A stretch of DNA of 63,973 nucleotides, counting the filler, from Perkinsus olseni (lineage: Eukaryota): assembly GCA_013115125.1 (NCBI GenBank). It is 4 parts of 4 records of this genome, joined end to end, with 100 filler letters (N's around TTAATTAATTAA, not from the genome) between each part and the next. Parts side by side here need not be neighbours in the genome. Positions count along the whole stretch, not along the records: positions 1 to 17,298 come from JABANN010000650.1; 3 more parts are not named here. One strand, given 5' to 3'. The notes below the pieces were generated by a model. That model was not told the DNA's origin. It did no database searches and worked only from the letters and a program-made list of their open reading frames with translations. Position numbers and translations under genes: made by a program. Shown in pieces: positions 1 through 11,502 of this stretch. Numbering within the stretch: the stretch's first letter is position 1; each line of letters opens with the position of its first letter.

Positions 1-19
1 TGTGGCGCGCGACGATTTG

Positions 20-66
20 TACGTACAGATGTGGATACGTACGGATGTTGATACGTACGGATGTGG
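20..66. repeat. Short tandem repeat, about 3 x 16 bp (ATACGTACGGATGTGG-like)
   Basis: TACGTAC recurs at 20, 36 and 52 with near-identical intervening sequence. Confidence 0.8.
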
Positions 67-1330
67 GACAACCCTCCGAGACTGGGTGCATATCTTGCGG
101 TTGGTCCGAATGCCGAGCTTAGCTCGGTGACCTGGATGTCATCGCCAGCACAAAGCGCCTGCGAATAGCATTGACGAGCATCACATGCTTTCATATGAGT
201 GGGATGGAAGCGTGGGTGAACACTTTGACTTCCTCGCGCGTGCTAGTGTGTTTGCCCTATCAAGCGTTCGTGCATTCGACTAAGTACAACTCGTAAAGAA
301 AATAGCAAACTGTTCAAATTCACGAACTTGTATCTGCCACGGGGAAAAACCGTCCTGTCTAGCTCGGGAACGTGAAGAAACTCAGCCAGTAAGATTATTA
401 GATCGGCCATTCTTGCGCTTGTTCGCGGACCATAACAGCAGGCCATTCCCGAGGAATGCGGTGCTATGAAGTCGATTCGCAACGCTAGCTCTTTTCCTAA
501 TATATGACGAGGTCGCGGTCGATTTACAGTCGTATAATGGCTGGTTGCCGACGGTCAATGCGGTGGCAGCGGCCCTGCCGCAGCGTAAGTCACCAATTAC
601 ACGGCAGACTCTGGCTGCCAGAGTTTCCTCTACAAACATACAACCTTCCCAAGCCTACGGGTCCTCATTCCGACGACCCTACTCTGCTATGTCCTTTCAA
701 GATGATTCCAGTCAGGGTATCCTGTGACAGTGGTGGGCCCTATTATCCTTCAAGGACCGCTCCTCTTACCTCTCATCTTGCAGGTGGAGTCCTACCGGGT
801 TAGCTAAGGGCTCACAATCATTCGTGAATCCTTCAATGTCTCTGCATTGATGGCGGCTGGGACGGTGACCGCGAGGATGGAGGAAGATGCAGATGAAGTC
901 GGTCGAAGCCTTAGAGCAGGAAGACGTGATGACTAATTCATGTATTGCTCGTTATTAAGGAACGTTTCAATCATTTTCTCTGCATCAATGCACCTGCTGG
1001 CCCCACGTTACAAGTAAAACTTCCAAAAGGAAATACCACAGTGATGACGAGGTTGTGAGAGATTTGTGTCACCGGTGCGCGGCAATGATATCGCGCACGC
1101 CGACCCGGATTCAACCCCTCAGTCGTACCACTGAAGGACGGGTTGGTCAATAGCTCAATTTTGAGATCCGTAACCAATTTCGGCGTCGATAATTCTCGTA
1201 CGTGGTCAGCTTTCGTTCGGCACTCCTAGAGAAAATATCAGGAAGGCTCTTCCCCGGCGATTCACTGCATGCCCTTGGTAGCCTAGTCCACGACAGGCTT
1301 AGTTTCTTCTTCCCGGAGTCACAGTCTCTA

Positions 1331-3002
1331 ATGCGCCTTGTTCGTGCTACACTACTCTCCGGTTTGTGCTTCTTCTACGGGAGAGCGTCGACAGAGGACC
1401 TCTTCGATGAAGACTGGGACGCTGAAGATGCCGAGGAAGATGATGATTTTGATACGGAAGGCGGTAGGCCAGGCTTGATACCTGTGTGCGACAAGCAACT
1501 ACTGGAGAACGCCTCGAGGAGCTGTGGGCCTCTTTGAGATTCGCTCAGTCGAAGGCCCAGCCTGATTGGTTGTTCCCTCAGAGTATGGTGATCCAGGCGA
1601 CTTTATGATGAATCAAATTCATCCTCTGGACAGTGACGATCTGCTGACCCTCTTCACCGAGTATCTTGATGTTGATCAGTGAGCAAGGCATGTGTAGTAG
1701 GGCTCTAGTAACACACTCAGGGACGGCTTCGTTACGCTACTAGAAATGCAGCAAGCTTCTCAAAGGGCCAAGAGGCTGGAAGCTCGCCAACAGGTTATTA
1801 CCCGTAATGATAAGCTTGCCTGCGTATTAACAGTGCCTCAGATCGAGGCAGAAAGGGAAGGTATGGATAAAGATGGAGACGGGGCATTGAGCCTAGTGGA
1901 GTTCCTGGCTATCTACGACCTGAGTGAAGGTGGGTGGTGCTAAGGGCTTTCTTCATCGCACTAGGTGCTGAGTTTAGGCGGCCCGGCGGGTGATGCGCGT
2001 CAGCCGTGGGTAGGTCATATTCTCCTAGCAGGCCGATCTCGCATGTTGATCGCTCAGGTTGATGCCAATAGGCGTGCCCTTGAAAGCTTGTTTGAAGCGG
2101 GAGATGCTGACAAGGACGGGAAGCTGGATTTCGATGAGTTCTCCTCACTAGTCAGCCCGACCCCAGGAACGGACTTGGCTAAGGTCCGTCGTCGCCGGCA
2201 CGCGCATCTTGTGGAACTCCAGTTGGTGGCTGGTCGCAGGCTCTGATGGCGGCGGAGTTCGTATATAGAGACCTAGATCAGGATGGTAAGCTAGACTCGA
2301 AGGAAAGGCAGCCAGTGGTAGGCGAGAAGAGCTTCGTTGCGGGGGAAGCATTTTTCAGCAGTATCCCGAGGAGGATGCGGCCGTGGACGAGATCGGAGAG
2401 GAGGAGTTCAAGAAATACGATGTTGATGGTTAGACGTGGCCGATGTTGCTTGGCTGCTTCCACGGCTGATGTTCCCTAGGCGATGGCTACCTGAGTATGG
2501 AGGAGTTCGAGAAGTATGGCAGCGAGATTGAGGCGGCGAATCTTGAGGTCAGACGTGACCTTCTGGAGGAGATCGACTCGGATAAAGACGGGAAAATCAG
2601 CATAAAGGAGGTGCTATACTAGCGTATCTTTGTTTGACGTGAGGCTCTTCGGCGACTGAGGAGTGTGTCTGTGCGGGATTCCACGGTTATTGATGGGCCC
2701 GGTTATGTGCGCTTCTCAGCTGGAGAAAGTTCTGGAAGTTTTGGGAGAGTCTCGTAGCCTTGGAACTCACCCGCTCGTCCAGGAGTGGGTCGTGCTGCTG
2801 CAGCAGGTAACGGGCCTGGTGGACCCTCTGTCCTGCTCCATTGGTAACACTTACCTACCGTGGTCCTTTCATCGTTCAGGATGGGCGTGGCGGGGGAAAG
2901 ACGACACCAGACTTCGGTGATGAGGTGGGTTGGCAGTAGAGTGTGGGGTGTCTGAGTATAGGGCTGTTACAGGAGAGCGAAGGTGATGACGAAGATCTCT
3001 GA
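1331..3002 (+). CDS. Multi-exon ER-lumen EF-hand Ca2+-binding protein (calumenin/reticulocalbin/ERC-like)
   Basis: Signal-peptide-like MRLVRATLLSGLCFFYGRAS followed by an acidic stretch. EF loops lie in successive exons (DKDGDGALSLVEF, DADKDGKLDFDEF, DLDQDGKLDSKE, DSDKDGKISIKE). Last exon reads ESEGDDEDL-stop (TGA 3000-3002). Confidence 0.85.
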
Positions 3003-3111
3003 ATCGCCCTCTACCTGTGTCATGGAATCTGTTGCTTGTTTTTATCCACTGGCATCGTGCGCTGCGTTGGACAGTCTTTGAAAAGCTAATCGGGAGGCGT
3101 TAGACGAGTTC

Positions 3112-3740
3112 ATGCCTGGCCAAGGGTTGGCCGAACAGGTGGAGGATCTTGGAGTTCTGGCGAGGGAGAGGATGGCGGAGTCCCAGCTCCTGTTAGCGGA
3201 GTCCGACCGTCTGCGAGCGCGAGCCGTGAAGGCCGCAGCCATGGTCCTCGTATCCCAGGTTAGCTTCGGATGATGCTCGTTCCTTGGTAGGTGGATACGG
3301 TACTAGGTCGCCTCGTCGCGGAAGCCAGGGAGAGCCTCGCGACAGCAGCCGGGACCCACTACCAGGTGAGATGGTGCCCTAGTTGAATGGAGAAACCGAG
3401 GTGCATGGCTAATCTACGAGGGGGGGGAGTGTGGATCTTTGCTTCGGTGTATCTTTGCAGGAGCTCCAGGGGATCGCGGCCTCGAGGCTGAGCGACTATC
3501 CTATAATGGCCAGACACCGGGAAGCTCGCAGGAGACGGATACGGGTATCCAGCGGCGGGGTTGTTGTTGTTATGGGGGTTGTTCATAACATTAGGATCTG
3601 ATCACCGACCTCGAGGTTTTGCAGCAGAGATTGAAGCGATTGGAAAGGCATGTTGGCATAGGGCGGACTATGGATAATCATGTTGGGTGCTGGGAAGCGG
3701 GGGATGAGTTGGTATTAATGGGGGGTAGTCGACGCTGAGG
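3112..3740 (+). CDS. Hypothetical small coiled-coil protein, multi-exon (ends approximate)
   Basis: Exons splice in frame across GT-AG introns: MPGQGLAEQVEDL...VLVSQ / VDTVLGRLVAEARESL...HYQ / ELQGIAASRL...RRIR / DLITDLEVLQQRLKRLE. Confidence 0.5.
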
Positions 3741-4595
3741 CTGCCTAGTACTAGTAGGAGCAAAGTCACCGCCGGATGGGGTTGCGATATGTCTGCTCGC
3801 CTTAGCAGTGTCTTAGCGATCTACTTCTGCTGCTGCTCCATGCTTGCGCCAGCGGACCCTGAGAGCTGCTCACGTTGCTGCTCGGTAGAACGATCGCGGA
3901 TTGTTTCATACCGAAGTCATGCTCGGGGGACGCCTGTTACCATGGCCAACAGCGGTGATTTAACTGCTCAGTAGGAGATGGTAAGGGCCCGACTTGTCAG
4001 GTAGGGGACGGAACCAGTGAAGAAGGTGTCTTGGTGAGCTGTTATCCAAGGTTTCGTGGTCACCTCGCTGTAATCGCACAATTTGGAAGCTTGGACTTCT
4101 GCAGCTTGAAGATAGTCCAGGGAAGTTACCCGTCATATTCAAGCGGACGGTGTTGTTTGTAGGTTACAAGTTGTGTAGTACGAAGGAACGCCGTTCGCGG
4201 GGCGATGGTTTTGTACCACGCGCCAGACAGCAGGTCGATCGATTCTCACCCACTGGCTCCTCCAACAAACGCGTGGTTATGATCATCTCTTGGAAGCCAT
4301 GAAAGCGCGAGACCTCCGAGATTCGCGGTGGTGATGCCATCCTATTACTATTACGTTGGAGAGCGTTTTTGTTCATAGCCAAGCCGCCGATCGGGAGATG
4401 CAGGTCCGCTATCGGACTATGATGGCGCATCCCTTCCGGATGCCCCTCGGCCCATGCTGCGGTCATGGTGAATATGTCGAGCTAGTGATGATGAGTTGGT
4501 GGCAAAGGGGTGACGGGCGTCGTTGAAACTGTACAGCAGGGACTGGGGCCCGCCCTTGGTGGTGAAGGGAAGTAAGTAGTTCCTCTCAGTTTATC

Positions 4596-5751
4596 ATGTC
4601 CTGGCGGTCCACCTTTACTCGTCACTTCCTCGAGCAGAGGTTCATGGAGGCGGCCAAGGTGGCTGGAGCTACTGGGGCCCTAGCCGCTTCAGGAGTTGTG
4701 CTGGTTGGCGGGGTTACCTTCTGTTACGAGACCGCCGGGCCGATGATCATCCGACGGGCTGTGCCAGAGTGGGATGCTGTGGCCCTACCATGTGTATCCT
4801 TCCACCTTCTCTCCAGGTACTCCAGCTTCCGGGACGACACTCCTTACATCGAGGAAACCCTGGGGGTGCAGTTCCCAACTAAAATAGCTGTTGGAGAGCC
4901 TCCCAACCTGAGGTCGTAGAACAGTAGCTGTTACCCTCGAGCCCGATTAGCCTCCCACAGGTCACACGTTATCGTCGGTGCAGCACCGAGATGCATGCAG
5001 GATGTCTGCTGGTTTCCACCGGCTCGGGCGTATGCCCTAGGTAGTGACGCGGGGCTTGATGGGGGCATTAGGCGCCGTTGCAGGCATCTACGTCTCCGAG
5101 GCCCATCTGAATCGCGTCAAAGCTGATGGTGGCTCTGCTGATAGCGTCTTCGCCCCAGCGGTGGAAAGGACTTTTTACTATAATTTCATTACAAAGAAGG
5201 ATTCCAAGTACCCCACTGCTCATCAGCTGCGGGCTGTTCGAGCTCTCCGGGCTCAGGCATGTTAGACAGGGCTTTGAGAGGTCCATGAACTCGTGTTTGG
5301 ATGTGATAGAGGTGTCTGGTAAGCAGAGGCCCGCCCAGGAGCAGGTGTCTGAGTTCATCGCTGTGCTGAAGGGGAAGGAGCTGCAGAAAGGTGACGTGTT
5401 GGAGGTGAGACTGCCACAGTACGGACTACTGAATCTCTCTGGCATCACCACCACCCCTAGGTGCAGTGCCTTCCAAGCGAGCGAAGGGTTGTTGTGAAGT
5501 TCAATGGCGAAGTAGAGGCCGACATACGAGGTGAGTGCGGAACGTGGGGCGCCTCTGCCTTTAGTCCCTTCTCGCTCAGGCACTGTCCTCATCCATGTTC
5601 TCCATGCTATATACTTCGGCAACGCTGCTAGAGGGCCAAAGCAGGGGGCTTGAGCAGCTGCCATTCTGGTTCACGGTGCTGTATCAGGTATCGTAACATG
5701 ACCGATCGATTCATCACCGGGGCTTCGAAGTGTCTGGCGGCATCCGATTAG
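4596..5751 (+). CDS. Chalcone-isomerase-fold protein (Aim18/Aim46/FAP-like), multi-exon
   Basis: EETLGVQFP, AYALGIYVS, HVRQGFERS, LQKGDVLEV and HVLHAIYFG follow the CHI-fold pattern. The N-terminus has a basic presequence and a hydrophobic anchor. Confidence 0.7.
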
Positions 5752-5856
5752 CATCTAGCATGATTGCTCTGACGTCGTTTCTGTATCCACTACCTCCCTA
5801 TTGAGTTATTATCACAGTGCAATATTTTTTTGCCTCGGAAGCTCTACTTGCCCTCC

Positions 5857-6845
5857 ATGCTGGGTGACCCTAGGGGAGTGTTCGGTAGCAGCCGTGATGC
5901 GATTGAGAATGACGACGAGGAGAAGGACCTCAACCCCGCTGACTTGGCCGTTGTGGTAGTTACTGGGCGTGAGGGGGTGGGGCGGCAGTCAGGGAGCGTC
6001 AGGTTGTTTCGGGGTTGGTTCGACCAGTGCGGCCAGCAGCAGTGACCAGGCTACTCACAAACAATAGCAGTGTACGGATAGTACGAGAATGGACGGAACC
6101 GGCCAAGAAGGTAGTGTGGTGGAGTGTTAGAAATTATGAGGGGCAACTGTTTCACCGTCAGAGTTTTGCGGTTGTCGAGTACTACGACGAGGGTACAGCA
6201 AGGCGGATGGGCAAAGCCATCCAAGACACCAAATGGAACCAGGAGCACAGACTCGTAGTGGACTTCCTTAGAAGGAGCCAGGTGGAGTTGCCTGCTTACC
6301 GCTCCGACGACTCGAGGGGGTCCATTTCAGTTTTCTGAGGTGGCCGTGGATCCAAAGGCTTCTCCAGCGGACCGAAAGCGTGGTGGGAGCTCGCCCGAAG
6401 GGGCCGACGAGTCGCGGAAGCGGCGCAGTGGGACGACCAGCAGCCGAACGCGCGAAGTGGACAAGCGGGAAATCGAAGAGATGGTCGAGGAGAAGCAACG
6501 AGTGCTGAGTGAACTGAGAAACGTATTGTCGGGTTGGCGTCACTCCTGTTCAATAGTTGTCTCTGTCCTGCAGCATAAATTCCTACCTGCCACGTCCACT
6601 GTTTCCAATACTACTCTGCTATGGATGCCATGCACACACAAGCAAACGGAGAAGCTGCAAGCTCAGGTCAGGACAACGCTGTGGTATGCTCGTGATCTTC
6701 ACCGATGAATTCTCGTTACTTCGAAATCCTTGGCCCTCGGATAGCATCTACTCGTTGTTTGCCCCTTCAGGTTTCAAAGAATGGTGGGAAGTTCCCGACG
6801 ATTCCGGCTCCCGCGGACTACCCTGCGGTGCGGAGTAGCCGATAG
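5857..6845 (+). CDS. Acinus-like RRM protein (ASAP/EJC-associated), multi-exon
   Basis: GLVRPVRPAAVTRLL...W...SFAVVEY...AIQDTKW...LVVDF resembles the Acinus RRM. C-terminal FLPATSTVSNTTLLWMPCTHKQ resembles the RSB motif. Confidence 0.55.
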
Positions 6846-7027
6846 TATCAACAGTCACAATTTATTCAGGATATTTGACAGGCGACCTGCTGACAAGAGT
6901 TAACTTTCACTGTTCCGTGAGGTGCTTGCAGTGCGGGTCAATTGAATCGGGTCTAACGCCTACTATGGTTGATTCTTCATGTCAGCATACGCGGGGACCT
7001 ACTCAGTCCGATTCGCTCTCCCGAACA

Positions 7028-10000
7028 ATGTCCGTATTCGTGGCAAGTGGGAACATCTTCCTATCCCTTATGATACTCCCCTGGTACGAGTTGGTACGTG
7101 CGCAGATTCCGTGCGATGTGAGACACGGGTCGCACATCGCTAGCGACTGTCGGTCGCCGGCTGGTGTTAGCCGATTTTCTCAGCCGTCGATAGACGTTTC
7201 ATGTTGTGGTGCTGGACAACGTTTAGACTCCTCTGCAGACTGCAAAAACTGTTCGAGAGGGCAATTTCAGGTGAGTAGTTGAATTGAAATATTCGACACC
7301 GGCAGGATTCGAACCTGCGCGGGCTGAGCCCATTGGATTTCAAGTCCAACTCCTTAACCACTCGGACACGATGTCTCTGTTTCTGTTGTGTACTGTTTCG
7401 ACTGGCCCCGTCCTCAGCCACTTCCAGGACAATCGACCTGCTTCCCTTGCCTACCAGGATCGTACACTGATTCAGAAGGACAGAGATCGTGCAAGCCCTG
7501 TCCTATCGGGACGTACGAGTCCAATTCTGGTAAGGCCACAGCCGGCTGCCGCGGCAGATGATCGGAATAGTCTTTCCTTTCGACTGTCTTCCGAAGATTG
7601 AACGCGAAGTGCTTTAAGTTTCGCTTTGGGAACTGCCTGTCAGGCTCGTCTGGCTGCGCACCCTGTCCTGAATCGGAGAAGCGGAAGACGATAGGCCCGG
7701 CCACACAGTCTGCGCAAGGGTGTGTGTGCGCAGAGGGATACTTCGTCTCCTACCCTACCCCTGAGGGGTTACTCCCGGTCTACGGACCATCCAACAGTAG
7801 CGAGCTTGCACCGTGCGAGGCATGTCCCGAGAGAATGACCTGCAGAGGTGGGGCAGAGTGGCGTGGTGAAGGTTCTTCCAGGGTAATAGAACCACGGGAT
7901 CTTCAACCTTCTCGTCCATCCAGTTGTTGGTAATGGCGGAAATTTGGTTCGTTCAGGTTGCCTACCACGCCCGTCCACTGGTACCATCCGGAAACTGGGC
8001 TACTCCAACAGACCCTTTCAGGCTTCGCAAGTGCCTCAGCGGGAGGGAATGCCCAGGCGGTGATCCACAGGCGGCTTCGCTCCTGTAGGCTCGCCCAGCG
8101 TCGTTCCTGAATCAGGCCCAGTAGGAGACCTGTGCTCGGACCATCGTCTCGGGTTGGTATGTGCTCTTTGTGAGTCCGGGTAGGGCAGTACCGTCGTTCT
8201 GCGACCTCGCCATGTCACCTTGCATGATAGATTCTACCACAGCGGAGGGGGATGTGCCCAATGCAGCGGATCAGACAGCGTCATTCTGCCTCTCGTGATC
8301 CTCTCGATCATAGTGGTTTACCATCTGACCTACAACCTCATGAATCGGGAAGTCCAACAAGTGTGTCCCGTCGTTCTTCGGGACGACCTCGAACCTGCGT
8401 AGGAGGGGAACATATAACCTCATTCGCTCAGGCCGTGACTGCTGACGTATCAATAGCGATGTCCATCGGCTCACTGGTAACATATCTCCAACTCATCGCC
8501 TTGTTCTCGGAGATTGGCTTTGACTGGTCCAGCGAAGTAGGGTTATAATACCCTTGCCTCTGGTCACTCCTATCATGTGGCTCAGATATCCACACTCCTG
8601 GACATTGCAAAGATATCGCTCTTCAATTTCGACATCCTCAGACTCGAGTGCTTCATGGACGGGCCTCAGCAGAGCCTCTGGCGATACCTCACGGGTTTCG
8701 CTCTGCCCTATGCAATCATAATGTCGGTTGGCAACCAGGGATACTCAGACTCTCGCGTATTCGAGCGCGCCTCTTCCGACTACACTCACTGTTTCGGTAT
8801 GGCCGAATCAAGTTGTCCATGGAGAGTCAACCTTCCTGATGACCAGGGCTCGTGTATGATAGGAAGATCGACCGGAACACTGCCTCCGATGTGTGCCTGT
8901 CTGTTAATATTCCTGCAGATATATTTGGCTGTTCTATCTCTTTGCCCGTGGTTCCAATGTAGCGTGGAGACTGGGAGTGACTAAAGACAAAACTATCAAC
9001 ATGACCGGCCAAGTGAGAGGTTGATCCGTTCGCCTGCTCCTAGCGTTACTCTCGAATTATCGGTCTCCTCATCGCAGGTCATATGCGTGATGCTGCTGGC
9101 AATGGTCTCAACAGCCGTGGCCCCCTTCCAATGCTACTCCCATAACGACCTCGGAGACCGCAGCCTCGTACGGTACCCCGACATCGAGTGCGGCTCCAAT
9201 GACCATCAAGCAAGTCCCGCTTAGTGCTCCCTGAGCCCCCCAGCTATCGCCGCCCTTCTCAGATAATGGTCGCGGTCGGTGTGGTATCATCCATCCTCAT
9301 CATCGTCTTTCTTTTATTCTGTTACCAGCTGAACCGTTGGGCTGGTGATGAGCTATCAGGCGAGCGTGGCGCCGTCTTCAGCGTTCGGTATCGCTTCCTC
9401 TTCTACCGACTGCGTCAAGACCGCTACCAGTTTGGCCTGTGGATGATGCTCCGTAACGTAGCCCTCGCCTTGGTCCCAGTCATCCGACCAGACGACCCCT
9501 ACATCAAGCTACTCCTCTTCGCGCTCTTCGGTGGTGCAGGCCTCGGTGCCCAGTGCTTTTTCTGGCCGTGGCGTACAAGCATGGCTAATGTTTGCGACCT
9601 AGGTTGCATGCTACTTATCATCTTCGTCTCTGCTGCGGCATCATTCTTCATCCCAGAAGTCGTCACTGTCGGTCCCGACGGTTACAAGATCGCGCTCGTA
9701 GTCTTCTTCTTCCTCGGGCTCTGTTACCTGTTGGTCCAACTGGGGTACTTTCTCTATCTGCTACGCGATAGAGGCCCCCTCGGCATCATATGCGATGATG
9801 TGGACCTCAGGCATGAGCTCAACGGCCTGTGGAACAAAGTGATGCTGGTGTGCTCTAAGGACAAGTCTGGCTATGACTTCACTGAGGAGATGAACCAATA
9901 CGAGCTCCGCCGGCTATCACTCTTGCTTGGTACGACTCACGTCTCTTCCAGTGCACCAGCGATGATTCGCCGGAAACTCTACTGTCGTTGTGCTCCCTGA
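7028..10000 (+). CDS. Cysteine-repeat (GCC2/GCC3, ephrin-receptor-like) multipass membrane protein, CRMP-like; 3' end uncertain
   Basis: Signal peptide, then spliced repeats CSRGQFQPLPGQSTCFPCLPGSYTDSEGQRSCKPCPIGTY and CVCAEGYF and GLVCALCESG. Many TM helices follow, with PFQCY...RYPDIEC, RYRFLFYR and FWPW. Confidence 0.8.
7294..7375 (-). tRNA. tRNA-Ser (anticodon UGA), 82 nt, intronic and antisense to host gene
   Basis: Reverse complement GACATCGTGTCCGAGTGGTTAAGGAGTTGGACTTGAAATCCAATGGGCTCAGCCCGCGCAGGTTCGAATCCTGCCGGTGTCG folds as a full cloverleaf with anticodon loop CTTGAAA, a long variable arm and discriminator G. Confidence 0.97.
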
Positions 10001-10404
10001 AATCCTTTCTCGGGATTTCCCCGTGGAAATAGCCGTATTGGCTGTTAGACAGCAGTTAAACCGTGTCCACGCCCCAGAGGTTGTTGCCCTGTGGAGCCGT
10101 ACGTCTTGCTGTCAGATGTGATCTCTCGGCACATACTCCTGCAGCCACCACCAGACCCGACACCACCTCGCCAACGCAGTCTAGTGAGACAACTCACGAT
10201 GGGAAGAGTCAATCGTGTCCACTATGAGCGTGGCCGTACAGTGATGGCGTAGCGGGGGTCTTCGATAGTTGCCACATGACCCTTTCCATGGTGTCAATCT
10301 TCTCGACTGTTGTGTTACCGTTTTGACTTCGTCCTTCTGTCCTGCTTTTCATCTACTGTTCGGCTTGACTTCGTCTTCCTGTGTAGCCTCTAGTACACCG
10401 TCTT

Positions 10405-11271
10405 ATGGCAGCCGACTCTAGGGTCGATATCAATGACCTCTTGAAGGCCACCAAGATTCCACCGAGGGCTCCGAAGTCCTGTCCCGTCTGCCACAAAATC
10501 TTTTCGAAGTACGCTGGACCAACGCAGCAGATGAGACATATCGAGGCTTGCCAGAGGAAAAAGCTGCTTGCTTCTCTTCCGAGGCCGTTGAGGGAAAAAC
10601 CGTACACAATGACGCCCGAATCAACGTCTCTTTCCTGCACATTTGCTCCGGAGAGCTCCGTCATCGGCGACGCGGCAGACGGCTCAGTCAACGGGCCAGT
10701 ACCATCAGGTAAAGCGAAGCATGCAACCCTGAACTTGGACCTCGTCCGGCTAGCTAAGGACCGGGCGATACCCCTCGAGTGCCTCTCCAGCGGGGTAGCC
10801 AGTCTCGGACGGTGGGAGGAGGTCAACAAGTACAGATCACAAATTCTGGAGGATACCAGGAACTTGGCGGCCAGAGTACGGCAGCTGGCATCGGAGACGA
10901 GCCCTATCCCGCTGGAGGACTCATCTTGGATCCAACAGTTCCCCCGGGCGACCATCTTATGGGGTACGGAGGGCTATGTAACGGATGCCAAGGTGCCGCT
11001 TGGGAGGGCGTGGCAACAGCGCTGTCGACAGAGACAGTCGGACATATTGGAGCTGGAGGCCGACCCCCGGTGTGTGGTGGCTCTGGGCATGCTTGACCTG
11101 TCCAGCGCCTTTGCTGAATTGGAGTCCCGGTTCCGCGTGAACCCTCGGGAGAGGCTGAATGCCCGCCGACGACTCGAGCGGCAAATGAAGGCTAAAACCA
11201 AGAGCAAGCCCGAGGCTGAATCTACGATCGGCCCTACGAGTTCTACAGCTGAAGGCCATCCCAACGCTTGA
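10405..11271 (+). CDS. Hypothetical 288-aa protein with N-terminal C2HC (UBZ-like) zinc finger
   Basis: Uninterrupted ORF containing CPVC-x15-HIEAC near the N-terminus. Confidence 0.65.
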   Translation: MAADSRVDINDLLKATKIPPRAPKSCPVCHKIFSKYAGPTQQMRHIEACQRKKLLASLPRPLREKPYTMTPESTSLSCTFAPESSVIGDAADGSVNGPVPSGKAKHATLNLDLVRLAKDRAIPLECLSSGVASLGRWEEVNKYRSQILEDTRNLAARVRQLASETSPIPLEDSSWIQQFPRATILWGTEGYVTDAKVPLGRAWQQRCRQRQSDILELEADPRCVVALGMLDLSSAFAELESRFRVNPRERLNARRRLERQMKAKTKSKPEAESTIGPTSSTAEGHPNA

Positions 11272-11502
11272 TGTTGCCTTTCGGGCCACAAAGTTACTGC
11301 AGCGACAAGAAGGTCACGCCGTGGCCGTCACCGAGTCCATCGATCTTTCTTGAGAGACGACGCCTCATGTGTTACTTGATCAGAACATGACCTGCATGTG
11401 ACTCCACTGGACCATTCTTGTGTTGGCCATGGGAGGGTATCGAAACATGCTGCCGTCCTGTCTGTTGTGACCAGCGGATTTTCCCGTGTGAGGGCTTCGC
11501 CG

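Noticed and set aside
1095-1130. tRNA-like 3' half ending in ACCA
   Set aside because: The T-stem does not pair and no D or anticodon arm is present.
3790-4466. Possible small minus-strand multi-exon gene
   Set aside because: Some splice-like signals, but I could not build a unique in-frame model or assign a family.
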